Below the pieces are notes generated by a model that was not told the DNA's origin, searched no databases, and saw nothing but the letters and a program-made list of their open reading frames with translations. This document shows positions 48,906 through 64,000 of a DNA stretch of 64,000 bases, piece by piece; within the stretch, counting starts at the first letter, position 1; each line of letters opens with the position of its first letter. Made by a program: the position numbers and the translations under genes. The DNA comes from the human T2T-CHM13v2.0 reference genome, Homo sapiens. The stretch is taken from NCBI RefSeq assembly GCF_009914755.1, contig NC_060937.1. One strand, written 5' to 3'.

Positions 48906-49033
48906 AACCTACAGCACCTGGTATTCCCAGGCGATCTCCCATCAAAGTACTAACCAAGTCTGCTAACCTTCCCAGATCAGACAATGTTGTCTGATCTTGG
49001 ATGCATTCAGGGTGGCATGGTATGATATGGCCA
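48906..49033 (-). pseudogene. 5S rRNA retropseudogene
   Basis: The + strand reads aacctacagcacctggtattcccaggcgatctcccatcaaagtactaacca...agatcagac...ttcagggtggcatgg, a diverged reverse complement of 5S rRNA. It is preceded by a T-run (A-tail) at 48893-48905. Confidence 0.9.
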
Positions 49034-50159
49034 CAATTTAATATTTCTTGAGCACAAGCCAAGAATTAAACAAGGTCAAGACTGGAAAGTAAACTTGGCC
49101 TTTGGATTTATGATCCAAATTAAGCATGTACTTCAAAGACAAATTGTTAAAACCTGTAGTAAATATATAGCACTCATTATCTGAAGAAGCTGTGTCAGCC
49201 ATGTTTATGTATTGGTTATACCTGTGAGTAGTATACATGCTTAGCCTTCTACATACTCATCCCTTATGTTTTTTATATATGTGTGTGCATATGTATATAT
49301 GTATGTATATGTTTATGCACATATACACATGTAGATGTGTATATATATATGCACACACATAAGATAAAGGATGAGTATGTAGAGATCTAGTCAAATGTAT
49401 AGTTCACATACTTTAAAATCACAACAGTTTGTCTTGGTGGAAAGAACACGCATGGACATTGGCCTTTTATAGTCAAGGATCTCTCCAGCTCTATCAAGTA
49501 ATGGTGTGACTTTGGACAAGTTGTTCAATTCCTATATTTTTATGAAGAGAGAAGTGAGAAGAGCCTACTTGGGAAGCACCCTTCAAGCATTTAATCCTAG
49601 ACTGGCATTTAATCCTAGCTCCCCACTAACCTGCTAGTTAGGGTTGATAATATGTTTATGTTACTAGAAGCAACTGAATGTTTGGGCCTATCTTTTCATA
49701 TGATGATGCCATTCTAAGCCATCACTAAGCTCTCTTACAAAACACTTTTTAAAATGCAAGACTAGATAAGTTTTCTGATTTAGTATCACATTCTACATGA
49801 ACAAAACATGGAGTGTTTAAACAAAGCAAGCTGGGTGACTATTGACTATTCAAAAGTCAAAAATCATTTTTTGGACTTTCAGACCCCAAACTGTAAAATA
49901 CTAACATTACCAACATTACATATTACTAACACTACTAGAAAAGACATGAAATGTCCCAATAATGTTTTGAACTACTTAGATATAAAATATTATAATTTAA
50001 AATTTTCTTTAGGAAAATAATCCTATGTTTATGATAATTTTTTAAGGGAGTTTAATTAGAACTGTGACAAAAACTGAAACATCGCCAATTAAATTTATTA
50101 ATTAGTAAAAATGATCAACTACTAAAGCAAGTTTTTTAAACTAAATATTAAATGTTTTG

Positions 50160-52290
50160 AGAACCACCATTCTTAACAAGGAAAAAGAAACTTACCAATA
50201 AAAGACGGCCAAGACAGAGTAAAACCCTGTAGCTCTGAATTTAAACTAGAAGTATTGCTGTGAACTCTACACATAGTTTATTTTTAATATGTATACTTTC
50301 CTAGTGCCGTCCACTGCAAAAACCAAGAAACAATGGTGAGCCCCATAACAGTGAGCACCTCTAGCACCTAGGATGCCAGCTGCATGTATCACAGGTTTGG
50401 AGCAGGAAATTTATAAGATGATGCCAGAACATCTTGTCAAACCAGAAAGAAAGGACATAATCAAAGATTACTGGGATCTTGTCTAATGGACTTAGGGGTC
50501 AGTTTGAAAAGGCTCCCAATAACCAAAAATGCGGGAACTTCAGCATCAGTAAAAATAGTAACTGCTTCCACTGGATAAAAAATAATACAGAAAAAAAAAA
50601 GAATGAAGGACAAGAATAATTACTGCAATGAATTGAAATGCATCAAACATGTTAAATACATTAGTTCATAATGATACCAAAAATGATAGTCACTGAAGGA
50701 AACCAAATCATAATTTTGAAGATTGATAAAGGGAAAAATAATCAAACATTTATCATGCCTTCCGTGCATAAACTGTACTAGTGAATGAGCAGACATTTCT
50801 CTTTATACAAGTATTTCAGCTAATAAATGAAGAAGGGATGGGACAAGAAACTATTCCTGTTTTGCAACTCCAAATAATGAATGGATCTACGCATTCAACA
50901 TCAGTGCCTGCTAACATCACAAAAATAACCAAAGATCATGTGCTTTTTGATACAAGGATACAACCACCCAACAAAGTGGGCTTGTCAAAGAATACAGCCT
51001 GAACTTGATCAAGTCTCTAGATCCAATGTTCAATTTCCTAGAAAAACAGAAGACAAAGGAACAGGATAGACTTATCAGAAGATGCAATCAGCAAAATGCA
51101 GAAGAAGAGAAACTCTACAGGACAAAACAACTTAGATTGTTCAATTAAAAAAAATTGCAAAGAAAAAAGAAATGGAAGATGACTACAGAAAAGCAAAATA
51201 AAACAATAAAGACACAACAGACATATCAACTAGACCAAACAAAAAAAAAAAAAAAAAGAAAAAGTGTCCCTTATTTGAATCTTGCTTTTAAAAAACTACC
51301 AAAACACCCGGGTGCGGTGGCTCATGCCTGTAATCCCAGCACTTTGGGAGGCGGAGGCAGGTGGATCACTTGAGGTCGGGAGTTTGAGACCGGCCTGGCC
51401 AACATGGTGAAACCCTGTCTCTACTAAAAATACAAAAATTAGCCAGATGTGGTGGGGCATGCCTGTAGTCCCAGCTACTCCAGAGGCTGAGGCGGGAGAA
51501 TCGCTTGAACCCGGGAGGCGGAGTGGCAGTGAGCCAAGATTGTGCCACTGCCCTCCAGCCTGGGCGACAGAGTGAGACTCTGTCTCAAAAACAAAAACTA
51601 AAAACAAAAAAACCCTACCAAAACAACTTTTTGACATAAAAGAGATAATTGCAAATTTGAATTCTAGGTATTTTTTATGATGTTAAGGAATTGTGGCTTT
51701 TTATTTATTTATTTTTGCGACAGAGTCTTACTCTCTCACACAGACTGGCACGCAGCGGTTCGATCTTGGCTCACTGAAATCTCCACCTCCTGGATTCAAG
51801 TGATTCTCCTGCCTCGGCCTCCCGAGTAGCTGGGACTACAGGCGAGTGCCACCACACCTGGCTAACTTTTGTATTTTTAGTAGAGAAGGGGTTTTACCAT
51901 GTTGGCCGGGCTTGTTTTGAACTCCCGACCTCAGTTGATCTGCTCTCCTCAGCCTGAGAAAGTGCTGGGTTTACAGGCATGAGCGACCGCGCCCAGCCAG
52001 GAATTGTGGCTTTCAAAAAGTGTAAGAATGATATTGTGGGTTTCTTAAGAGTGTCACTTTTGGAGCTATATACTGAAATGTGTATGGATGAGTGTCATTA
52101 TGAAATGATGATGCATGGATATTTGCTTCAACTTAATACACAGGGTAGGGATAGTCGATGGAGGTGTAGATGGGGAAGAACTACCATGGGTTAATATCTG
52201 CTAGAGCTAGGTGATAAGTACATGGGGCTTTGCTGTTCTACTCTGTCTACTGTTATAGATTAAAAATTCTCTACAATCACTTTTTAAAAA
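50160..52290 (+). mobile_element. Old L1M 3' region containing an inverted tail-to-tail Alu pair (+ 51309-51612; - 51698-51998)
   Basis: L1M 3'UTR-like phrases. Alu TSDs ctaccaaaaca and aggaattgtggcttt (51686-51700 / 51999-52013). Confidence 0.75.
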
Positions 52291-52659
52291 TATATTAAAT
52301 GGATAACAAAACTGAGAGGATTTTTTCCTTTCGAAGAAAATAATCCATAAACAAATTTTTCAGGAAGCACAAATATAGGAGTTTATGGATTTTTTCTTTT
52401 TTATTTTTACCTTTTTTGACTCCTGAAGCTATGACTGAAGGCACTTAAAACCTTTTATTGTGTAATATTTTATATAGAGACAACAATACCCCTACACAAC
52501 ATATTGTTTCATTTTTCATGGTTTTGAGCTTTGTAAAAATGGTGTTATACTGGATGTGACTTCTTCAGTCAGGTTTTCAAGATACATTTTGTTGTTGTGT
52601 GTCTCTGTAGTTCTTTCATTTTTCACCACTGTACAGTATTTCATTGTATGAATATACTA

Positions 52660-54942
<2,283 letters not shown>

Positions 54943-55399
54943 AAGACATTGGATATTCTTGTACACTTATGAAAGCAATTCTCTAAGACATACACTGACG
55001 GGTGGGGCCACTGGGTCACAGACGACACATATATTCAACCTTACGAGGTAATCCCCAACTATTTTCTACAGTGGTTCTACCAAATTATACCCCAACCATC
55101 AATTTATAGAAATTTTTGTTTCTTTTTAAGTATTCGTCATTTTTTTCTGTAAAGAAATGGAAGTGGCCTAGAATGACAAAGATACTTTATATAGGTGCTT
55201 TTTAGAATTCGTTTTTAAGGACTTCTTCAGGATGATCTCATTCCTACTCACACATGTGAGTGCACCATTTGTTTGCTGTGCAATACTACTTACATATCTA
55301 TTACGTATCTATTTATATTGTTATTTAGTTTTTCAGGCGTTTGTCTTTTCCTCTCCAACTAGATCAAAAGCTACGTGAGGGCCAGGAGGCAGGTATGGC

Positions 55400-56257
<858 letters not shown>

Positions 56258-56622
56258 TAGGGTTAAAGATACAGCAATGAACATGTTCTATGAATGTTTG
56301 TTTTGATTTCTATTTGAATGATCTTGCTATTGTGAAATTATAGGTTTAGCCTCTAATAATTTTTAAAATAGACACTTATAAGTAAACCATTTTCAAGCTT
56401 CCTCAAGAAGCAGTTGGTAAACATGTTTGTTCAATATGTTAAAATATTAAACCAATGCTCTTATATTCTGGTACTCAGTACTCTTACAGAATATAAATAA
56501 GAAATAGTCCCTACTTTAGAATGGCTTATGATATCATCTAATGGGAAAGATAGCACAATTGGAGGGAGGAAAACCCTCAGGCTCCTAAAACTGATAACAG
56601 ACACAAGTGCAATACATAGTTC

Positions 56623-56646
56623 AGAGAGAGAGAGAGAGAGAGAGAA
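56623..56646. repeat. (AG)n microsatellite
   Basis: About 12 AG units. Confidence 0.9.
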
Positions 56647-58375
56647 TGAACAGGCATGTGTGTATATCCTAAGAACATTCTGAACTGAGTAGATGTCCAC
56701 ACCTAGGTGAAATAATAAAGGAGAAAGCCTGGAGTGGATCTTGATTTTGTGGGAAGTGAAGCTTATACAATTTATATAAGGGTCCTCCTTAAGAAAACAA
56801 ATGCAAAGTTAGGCATAAGGTCTTAGCTGGTGCAAGCAAGGCCCTGAAGCTTAAGATTTGTTAGCTTCAGGGTTGATCTGCCTACGCAGGAGAGGTCTGA
56901 GTATGTGCAAAATCCCAAGTGGTGGTTCAAGGAAGTACAAACAGGTTTAACTAACTAGGGTGGGAAAGGAAAGCTAGCAGATAGAGGAAATGACAATTAC
57001 ATTACTAACTGATTGATTGAAAAGGCTGGTCATTTTAGGGATCCTAAAAGCTAAGGAGATTAAGTTTCATGATTATGTAATTGGGAACTAGAGCAGATTT
57101 CTAAGAAGGAAAGTTGCATGGTTAGGGAAAAATTTCTTGCCACTGGGTTTAAGATTAATTAATCCATAAATAAAAGTAGGTACTAGGGCTCCTAGAGATA
57201 TTTGTAGCAAGAAATGATGATTTTGTGGACCAGGATGGAGATTGCAGAAACTGAAAGGAAGGAAATGAAGTCATATCCAAGTGATTTTGAAGGAAATAGT
57301 CTAAATATGTGGAAGAAAACAGGACTGAAAGGTCTGGAAGTTTTCAAGGCTGAAGTGCAGAGGTTGGCAATGGATTCATTTTGATGTTACTTTTTTCTAA
57401 CATAAGCTTCTTGCAGGTCAGGATTTAGGGCTTTAGGATTATTTTGCACTATTTTTTGTAGATGCACATTTAGTACATATCTAATATTCTTTAATATTCC
57501 AGTAATGTAAGAAATCTTGATAGTGTTTCCATGTGAGCTATTAAGGGGGAAAACTGTATAGCCCCTTCCATGATGAATGGAAGTGCTAGATTCCAAAACT
57601 ACATACTCCAGAAGAGGAATGTGACTGGCAACGTGGTCAAAGGAAAAGAAGTTAGCCTTCGGGTTTGGAAATCTCTCCCTGTCTCCATGTTCTGAGCTTA
57701 AAATATTCAGATGGCTTCAGCTCAGTTACAGCCTCCCTTGGGTGTCCACAGGGGCCTTGAAGGAAGCAGAAGAGAGTTCATCTCACCTGTAAACACTGAA
57801 GTAAATGGATGGCCCACCCTTTGTATGCAGAGTGAAGAAAAAGGATTAAACACTGGCGTGGCAATGATGACCAGGCATTTTCTTGGAGGTTACACTTGAA
57901 AAACATATAGGGTTTTTCAATCATTTAAAGATAATTCTATCCCAAAGGATTGAAATAATCCAGTTTGGGCCAAACCTACCTGAAAACAAGACATAGAACA
58001 TTTCTATGATTTACTCATTTTCCCTTCAGAAACTCAAATCTACCACCAGCAATATTGAAAAGATAGAGTGCATTACACCCTGCTATTCACTGATTTCAGC
58101 AATGGAAGTGTGAACGTGGGAAACCTGAGTTTATTCATCAGTTTTAAGAAAACCCTCAAGATATAAAGCTGGCTCTGTGGGAATCTTTAGTCTGATTGCT
58201 CTAAGAGCAATAGCCACTGTCTAGGAGCAAAAAAGGAGGAATTTAGTGGAAGCTCAGTTCAATTCTAAATGATCTGACTTTGGTTTTATCTGCAGTTTCT
58301 TTGCTATGAACCTATAAACAAACCAATAGGGCAGTTTTGGAAAGGAGAGTATTCACAAATCATAGTAACAAGAGT

Positions 58376-58394
58376 CAGGCCACTAGGGGGGATC
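58376..58394 (+). promoter_or_regulatory. Candidate CTCF site
   Basis: caggCCACTAGGGGGgat is close to the CCASYAGRKGGC consensus, with one core mismatch. Confidence 0.45.
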
Positions 58395-59099
58395 GTTAAG
58401 CCATTTTGTGCAAAAAGAATGACTTAACTTTTGAAAATGACTGCAGTTTCATTATTTTAAGTCGTCATTAGTCAACTTTAAGCAGGCACAGCACACCAGA
58501 ACTGGAATTCAATCTTTGTAAGCAAACTCATATCTCCACCTAAAGCGATCAAATGCCTGTAAACATCCCTTTCTTGTTTTAATTGCGAAAGGATTATTGT
58601 GGGCTTTGAAGTAATAGCTGTTCCCACTACCTGCTTCCAGAAGCAGCTGTTCCCACAGCATCACAGCAGGTGCAGCCCAGAAGCTGGGCCCTGCCCTTAT
58701 CATGTAGCGGGTGGTATATTTGCAGAGTCCAATGTGTGTTCAGTCCTGAATTAGCCAACTTTGTTATCTAAATTCTCCTAAACCCAAAGCCTAACAAGAA
58801 AATAGCAAAGAGTAATTCCCCCATAATAATCGCAGAGGGATGGGGATCAGGGAGGATGTGAGAGGCCGGACTAAATGAAGCATTTTTTTTTTTTTCAGAC
58901 AAAGAGGCAAAACTCTAGATTTAAAAAAAAATGAGAGGGGGGCTGAAATGCACATGTGGAGATTGTTTAAACAAAACTCCAGTGTTTTTAGAATTGCTTC
59001 TCCAGCGGATCAGATATCTTGCTTGCCCTACGTTAATAATCATTTTCAAATCAGTAGCTAGAAGTCGGCTCCCTCAGCAGTTCCAAGGCTCCGTGTCAG

Positions 59100-60200
59100 T
59101 GCAGAGGCTGTGTGTGGGAAGCAGCAGAAGGCAGCCTGTTTGGAAAAAGGAGAGCAGGAACTGGGGGCACATCTCAGAAACTCATGATTGTTTCAGTCAT
59201 TAAACACTGATATTTAATTTGAGCTTTGTAATCCAGGACACTATTATTTGGTCCCAAGCAAAAAGCGGGGGAAAAAGAAAATGAAATGAGTATAATAAAA
59301 GAGCAAGGAGGAACCAGCTGCTTTGGGCAAAGAAGGGCAATAAAAGGAATCTTTATAACTGCCGAATGGTGGAATAGGCTTTTTTCTCCCCGCCAAGCAG
59401 AATGTCAAATTCTGTCCCCCTTTTTTCCCCTCTTAAAGCGTGCTAAAAGGAAAATTCTTCACAGAATCTTAAAGAACTTTTTTGACACAACAGCTGCAAA
59501 ATCTATTTTCTAAACAAAGATTTATACATATTTATATGAGCTTAATCCAGATTTTTTTAAATAAATCATCCTCAGAACTGCAGAGGTAAACTATATGTAA
59601 ATACCTCAAGTAATAGGCTTGTAGTGCAAATCACATCATTTTATCTTCAATTTTGCATTCGTTTTTCTGGCTTAAAGGTGCATCAGAGATATGCATTTTA
59701 GCATATTCAGAACACGGGGCGTGAAATTAAATGTTTGACAGAGTGAGAAAAATATACAGACTTTGGAGATGCCTTAAAAATAGTAATTTATGCAGATCTA
59801 GAGGAGTGAAATCATTTGCAATGGAGTGACCCTCTCTCCAGGAATTTTGTGCTCAGTGTTCTTCCCTAATCTCCCGCTGTATCTTCATTTTTCATTGAAC
59901 TAGCCAGTTTTCTGCGAAGCCGTCTTGTAGATAAGGGGAGTGCTAAAGAAGAAGAAAGAGGACGCTCGGTGAGGCCGTTTCCATTGCACTTTTACCCAAG
60001 GCAATGGGCAGAATTTAACGGATTCCTTCCAACATATGTTTTTGCCAGATAAGTAAACAGTGTGTGTCGGAAATGAAAAAGCATTTGCAATTTAATGACA
60101 TTACAGCTCTCAGCTTAGGCTGGCGTGCTGCGAGGCGAAAAGCAGAAAAAGAGAGGAGAGTAGAAAGAGAAAAAGAACAAAGTTCATCTTCCCTTTTGTG
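59100..60200. promoter_or_regulatory. Candidate conserved developmental enhancer
   Basis: Repeat-free, with local CpG retention at 59910-60140 and clustered POU-like, homeodomain, forkhead and GATA motifs. Confidence 0.55.
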
Positions 60201-63200
60201 CATTTTTATCAAAAAAAATATTACTTCTTTCCCCCTCTTGTTCTCTTTTTCTTTTTCGTCTTTTGGTTTTTTTGTCTCACTCATTTACATTTTTTTTTCT
60301 TTCCTGCCTTTCTGTCCTCTGTTCACTTTTACCTTTTTCTTATATTGCCACTGACTCATTTCTTTTTTTCTCTCCATTGTGTCTCCTTATTAATCTATTT
60401 TGGCCATTCAGTTTTACCTTATAAGAAGCTGTTTATCCCACAATGTATCTTTTTTTCTGTGTTGTACTCCTATTGCTATAGCTCATAGTCAACAGGATTG
60501 TCAAAGGGATTATAACGTTTCATTTGAAAGCTCTACAAATCTGCTCTCTTGCCTTCGGTACCTTCCCCCATTTCCTCTGATACTTGTCATTTTATTTCAC
60601 GTTCATCGTGGTCTTTAGTTTCACCCCAGACATCACAGTACCCTGATGTCTAACCACTGATACTCACTGTCTTTGCATTGTATGTTGGCACTACAAGGTT
60701 CTAGAAACTTAACCTTGAAATGGCAGAACCATTCTCTTCCACCCTTAGTCAAGTTCAGACTGGTATGGACAGTAAACATACCAATGGGTCAGAATTGGTC
60801 CTTCCAGTGGCTCATGGTCAGGACAGGGTGTCATATAGTTGATACTTATAATGGGTCATCTTCCAATAGAAATTGAGCCCCCAAAACTGCTGCTGAGTTT
60901 GCTGTTACTTTTCCTGTTAAATATGGTGAGAGAGTGATTACTGATACTACAATCTGTATATATGAGTTTTATGATGGTTTGCTTGAGTATACGTGTGTGT
61001 TTGTACATGTGTATGAATTAGACTACGTGACAGTGTGCATAGTTGTGTGGAGTTATTTAAGGCAGTGTAGGTCTGTGAATACAGGCATATAGAAAGAAAT
61101 GATTATCTTTCAGCTTTGATTCTACCCTAAATTCCAGAAGTAAAAGTTGAATGGAAAACCAATATTTTCTCCCCACTCAGGTCCATAACATGTTTATTTT
61201 AGGATTATTTTGACTGCTACTTTTACAGGCAGGAATAAGATTTTCCACCAGGTCTCCCTTTTGTGACAGACTAGTTAGATGACCAGGCAACCCCATTCAG
61301 AAGCAAGGAATGCCTCTCAGTCATTTTTGCTGCCTTGAGTTGTCACTCTCTCAATCTAAGCAGTTCCTGAACAAACAACTTTTAACATGATTCATCATTG
61401 CCTTTTTATTTTTGCAAAACAAGTTGACATATTTTCAATGTTGTTATCATGACCATTTGAATATTAGTACCCAGATTGTTAACGCAAATTTCATTCTAAG
61501 TATACAATTGTAAGTTACATGTCAGATCCCAAGGTTAACCTGCAGGTTGAGCATAATTGAAAGGACCATAATCAAATTGCAAGTCCTATCACAGAAGTAC
61601 TGTACAGACTTTAAAAAGATGCTTAAATAAAATGCTCTTGTCTAAAGACATGTGCATGTTTTCACCGTAAAATTACATCTTCCACATCTTGCAGATCCGG
61701 CACTTGGTAAGTAAAAAGAAAATCTATTTGGACATGAGGATGTAAAGTAGCTGGAGGTGGTAATTTAATCAACCAAGGATATATTTCAATGTTTTTCTGG
61801 TCTTCTAGGCATTAGCACTTTAAATTCATTATGTCGGTTTGACAGATATATGCAGCCTTAAGGATCTAAAAATGAAATCCTAGAAGTATAGCCTGCTAGA
61901 GGATATATATTGAACTTAAGAGATTAAAATGGTATAACCATTGCAACAGAATGGAACATATCGTGTTTCTCATTTTTTTCCCACTAAGCATGAGTATTTT
62001 GCAGATGTAAAATACGGTCTTCTCTAATTATAAAACCTGGCTGAAGAGCCAGAGCTTTCTAACTTTTATTACTGATGAAGTGGATATTAGAAAGAAAATG
62101 TTGGCTTCATATGGAGTCTGAAGATGAAGAAGTCTTCCATTTGGGATTTTCTATATCAATAATTTATTAAGGAAAATAGTACAAGTGGTTACATGCAGCC
62201 TACTGTAAGAGGCAAGTACATTGCATGCTTCTCCTGTTTAAGGCAAATAACAAAAGAGCCAAATTATAAAGCAGGTCTTAACGTAACTGGGACGTTAAAT
62301 CTACTATATCATTATGCCAATTTAGTAACGTTAATGATCTGTAATATTAATTCATCATCCTGGAAAATGGGGAAAGGTTGCCATAATTAACTATATTAAG
62401 CCACAATTAAAAAGTCATCCAAGCTGTTGTAAAGATTCTAGTGATGATAAGCGTGTTTGTTATATTATAAACCTTTCTGACCATGTAAATTTGGTCCATA
62501 AGACTTTGTTACAAACAGCCCCTCACTTCGAATTCAGATAAGTCAAAAGAGCAGCCACCCACGGAGGCAGTGGCACCGACTAGACGCCTTATCAGCCATT
62601 TCCATCGCCAACTGCAGTTTAACACTTTCTTACAGGGAGAATCGGCTTTGAAAGAGGTACAACCTTTTAGCATATCTACTTTAATTCCTCACAGGGAAGC
62701 AAAACCAGGCTGTCTAGTGAAATTCACATATGTCAGACAGACTATCTACTCCCCTAAGATTAGGGTCATCTTTGAAAGTCACATTTCAAACTGGCACAAA
62801 ATGAACATTTTGATGTTTCTAAATGGAGATCCTATAACGTCTAAGCCTAAACCCAAGTTGCCTATCACCAGATGTCTGATAAGCTCTTAATTCTCCTCCC
62901 TACCCATTTGAAGTCTCTATTGTGGATGGGAGTCTTTAGGTTACAGACAATGTCAGGAGAAAAGATAAATGGAACCATGCATGGGGTGAGATGCAGCCAA
63001 GATGACAACCCATTTAACTTTCCCGTCCAAAGGACTCCCTTTGTCTTTGACGGGACAGATCAGCTGGTGATAAAGGACTATTTCCTCTTTCACTAAGAAA
63101 TATGATAAACCCCAACTTTGCCTTACACCTACCGTTATTATCCTTGCCATTAATGATCATGAGTTCCTCCTCCCTAAAGCAACATTTAGTATGCTGCTAC

Positions 63201-64000
63201 CTCTATGCATAAACCACCCCTGAAGTGCATCTATAATCAGTGACTGTCATTGCTGTGGTAAGCTGAGTGACAGAGGAAGTAACAGGGATAAGTTGCACAC
63301 ACTTGCAGCTGGAATTAGTTTATGGCAACTGACAAAGAAAACACATCACCAGCTTGTTTTGAATAGGGTACTCAGGATTTATATATGCAGAGGTTCATAA
63401 GGGATTCCCGTGTCTATTGGTATGGCCTGTTTTTTGGCTATTAAGCCTAAAGCCCCCTTGCAAACCCCAAAACACACCTGACACAGCATTGCTCAGCATT
63501 TGATAAAGATGTTTGGTGAGGAAGAAGGTGCAACAAATCCCTTAGCAGATTATTTCCCCACACTATGAGCCTTTCTATTGATATAATGGTATGTCCCAAA
63601 AGAGCCAAATTATAAAACAGACACAAATACACATACACTCAACGCTGATTTCTGCAGCATGCCCCATGCCGGAAAAGTCTCGCCAACAGCATCAACGTGC
63701 TATCCTAGTGACGGGGGCAAATCATTTGTCAATCTCAGCTTTACTGATGCAAGTAGTGACACGAGGTAGCTCATTCCAACCTCCTCACTCAGCAGAAAAC
63801 AGCAACTTGTTCTCAGAGAAAAATGTCTGCTCATGTGAATACCCGGGGAGCCAGTTCAAACATCCAGCCAAAAAAGAGTTACTTCCCTTTAGGGAATGCT
63901 GGAAGTTTCATGACTGTTGCCCAAAGAGAAGTCCCTTCAAATGTGATACTGGATAGGGAAGTAGCAGTTACTGCTTCTCAGAGGAAAGGAGTCTCTCTTC

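Noticed and set aside
48906-49033. Functional 5S rRNA gene
   Set aside because: It has indels and substitutions, an A-tail and a dispersed location, so it is a pseudogene.
60015-60618. F/L/K-rich ORFs
   Set aside because: By-products of low-complexity purine and pyrimidine tracts.
63591-63956. 121-aa ORF in unique sequence
   Set aside because: No recognisable homology, splice context or promoter; the length is compatible with chance.

Overview
Primate (human-like) genomic DNA. It covers intron 1 to the 3' end of GPR180 on the + strand: coding exons 2-9 lie at 2905-24681, all with GT-AG boundaries and consistent phases, and exon 1 is upstream of the window. A long AU-rich 3'UTR follows, then a repeat-dense intergenic block (about 32-57 kb) and a nearly repeat-free block (about 57.5-64 kb) that looks like conserved developmental-enhancer sequence; in human, SOX21 is the next gene on this side. 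Other features are an NDUFA3 processed pseudogene in intron 2 with an intact frame and lost stop, a 5S rRNA pseudogene, about 25 Alus, a 5'-truncated L1PA with a 15-bp TSD, THE1/MER21/LTR33-like/MLT LTRs, a decayed Tigger4 transposon and a solo HSMAR1 TIR. I cannot support a new multi-gene system. The most unusual signals are several fold-back or templated-insertion structures: a ~240-bp inverted duplication inside an Alu with palindromic junction filler, a 35-bp-stem hairpin in the likely distal 3'UTR, a nested palindrome, and a perfected hairpin in the 5S copy. Almost all ORF-track entries are Alu/L1-derived or chance ORFs. Repeat subfamily names come from recall of consensus sequences, and the boundaries of old repeats are approximate.
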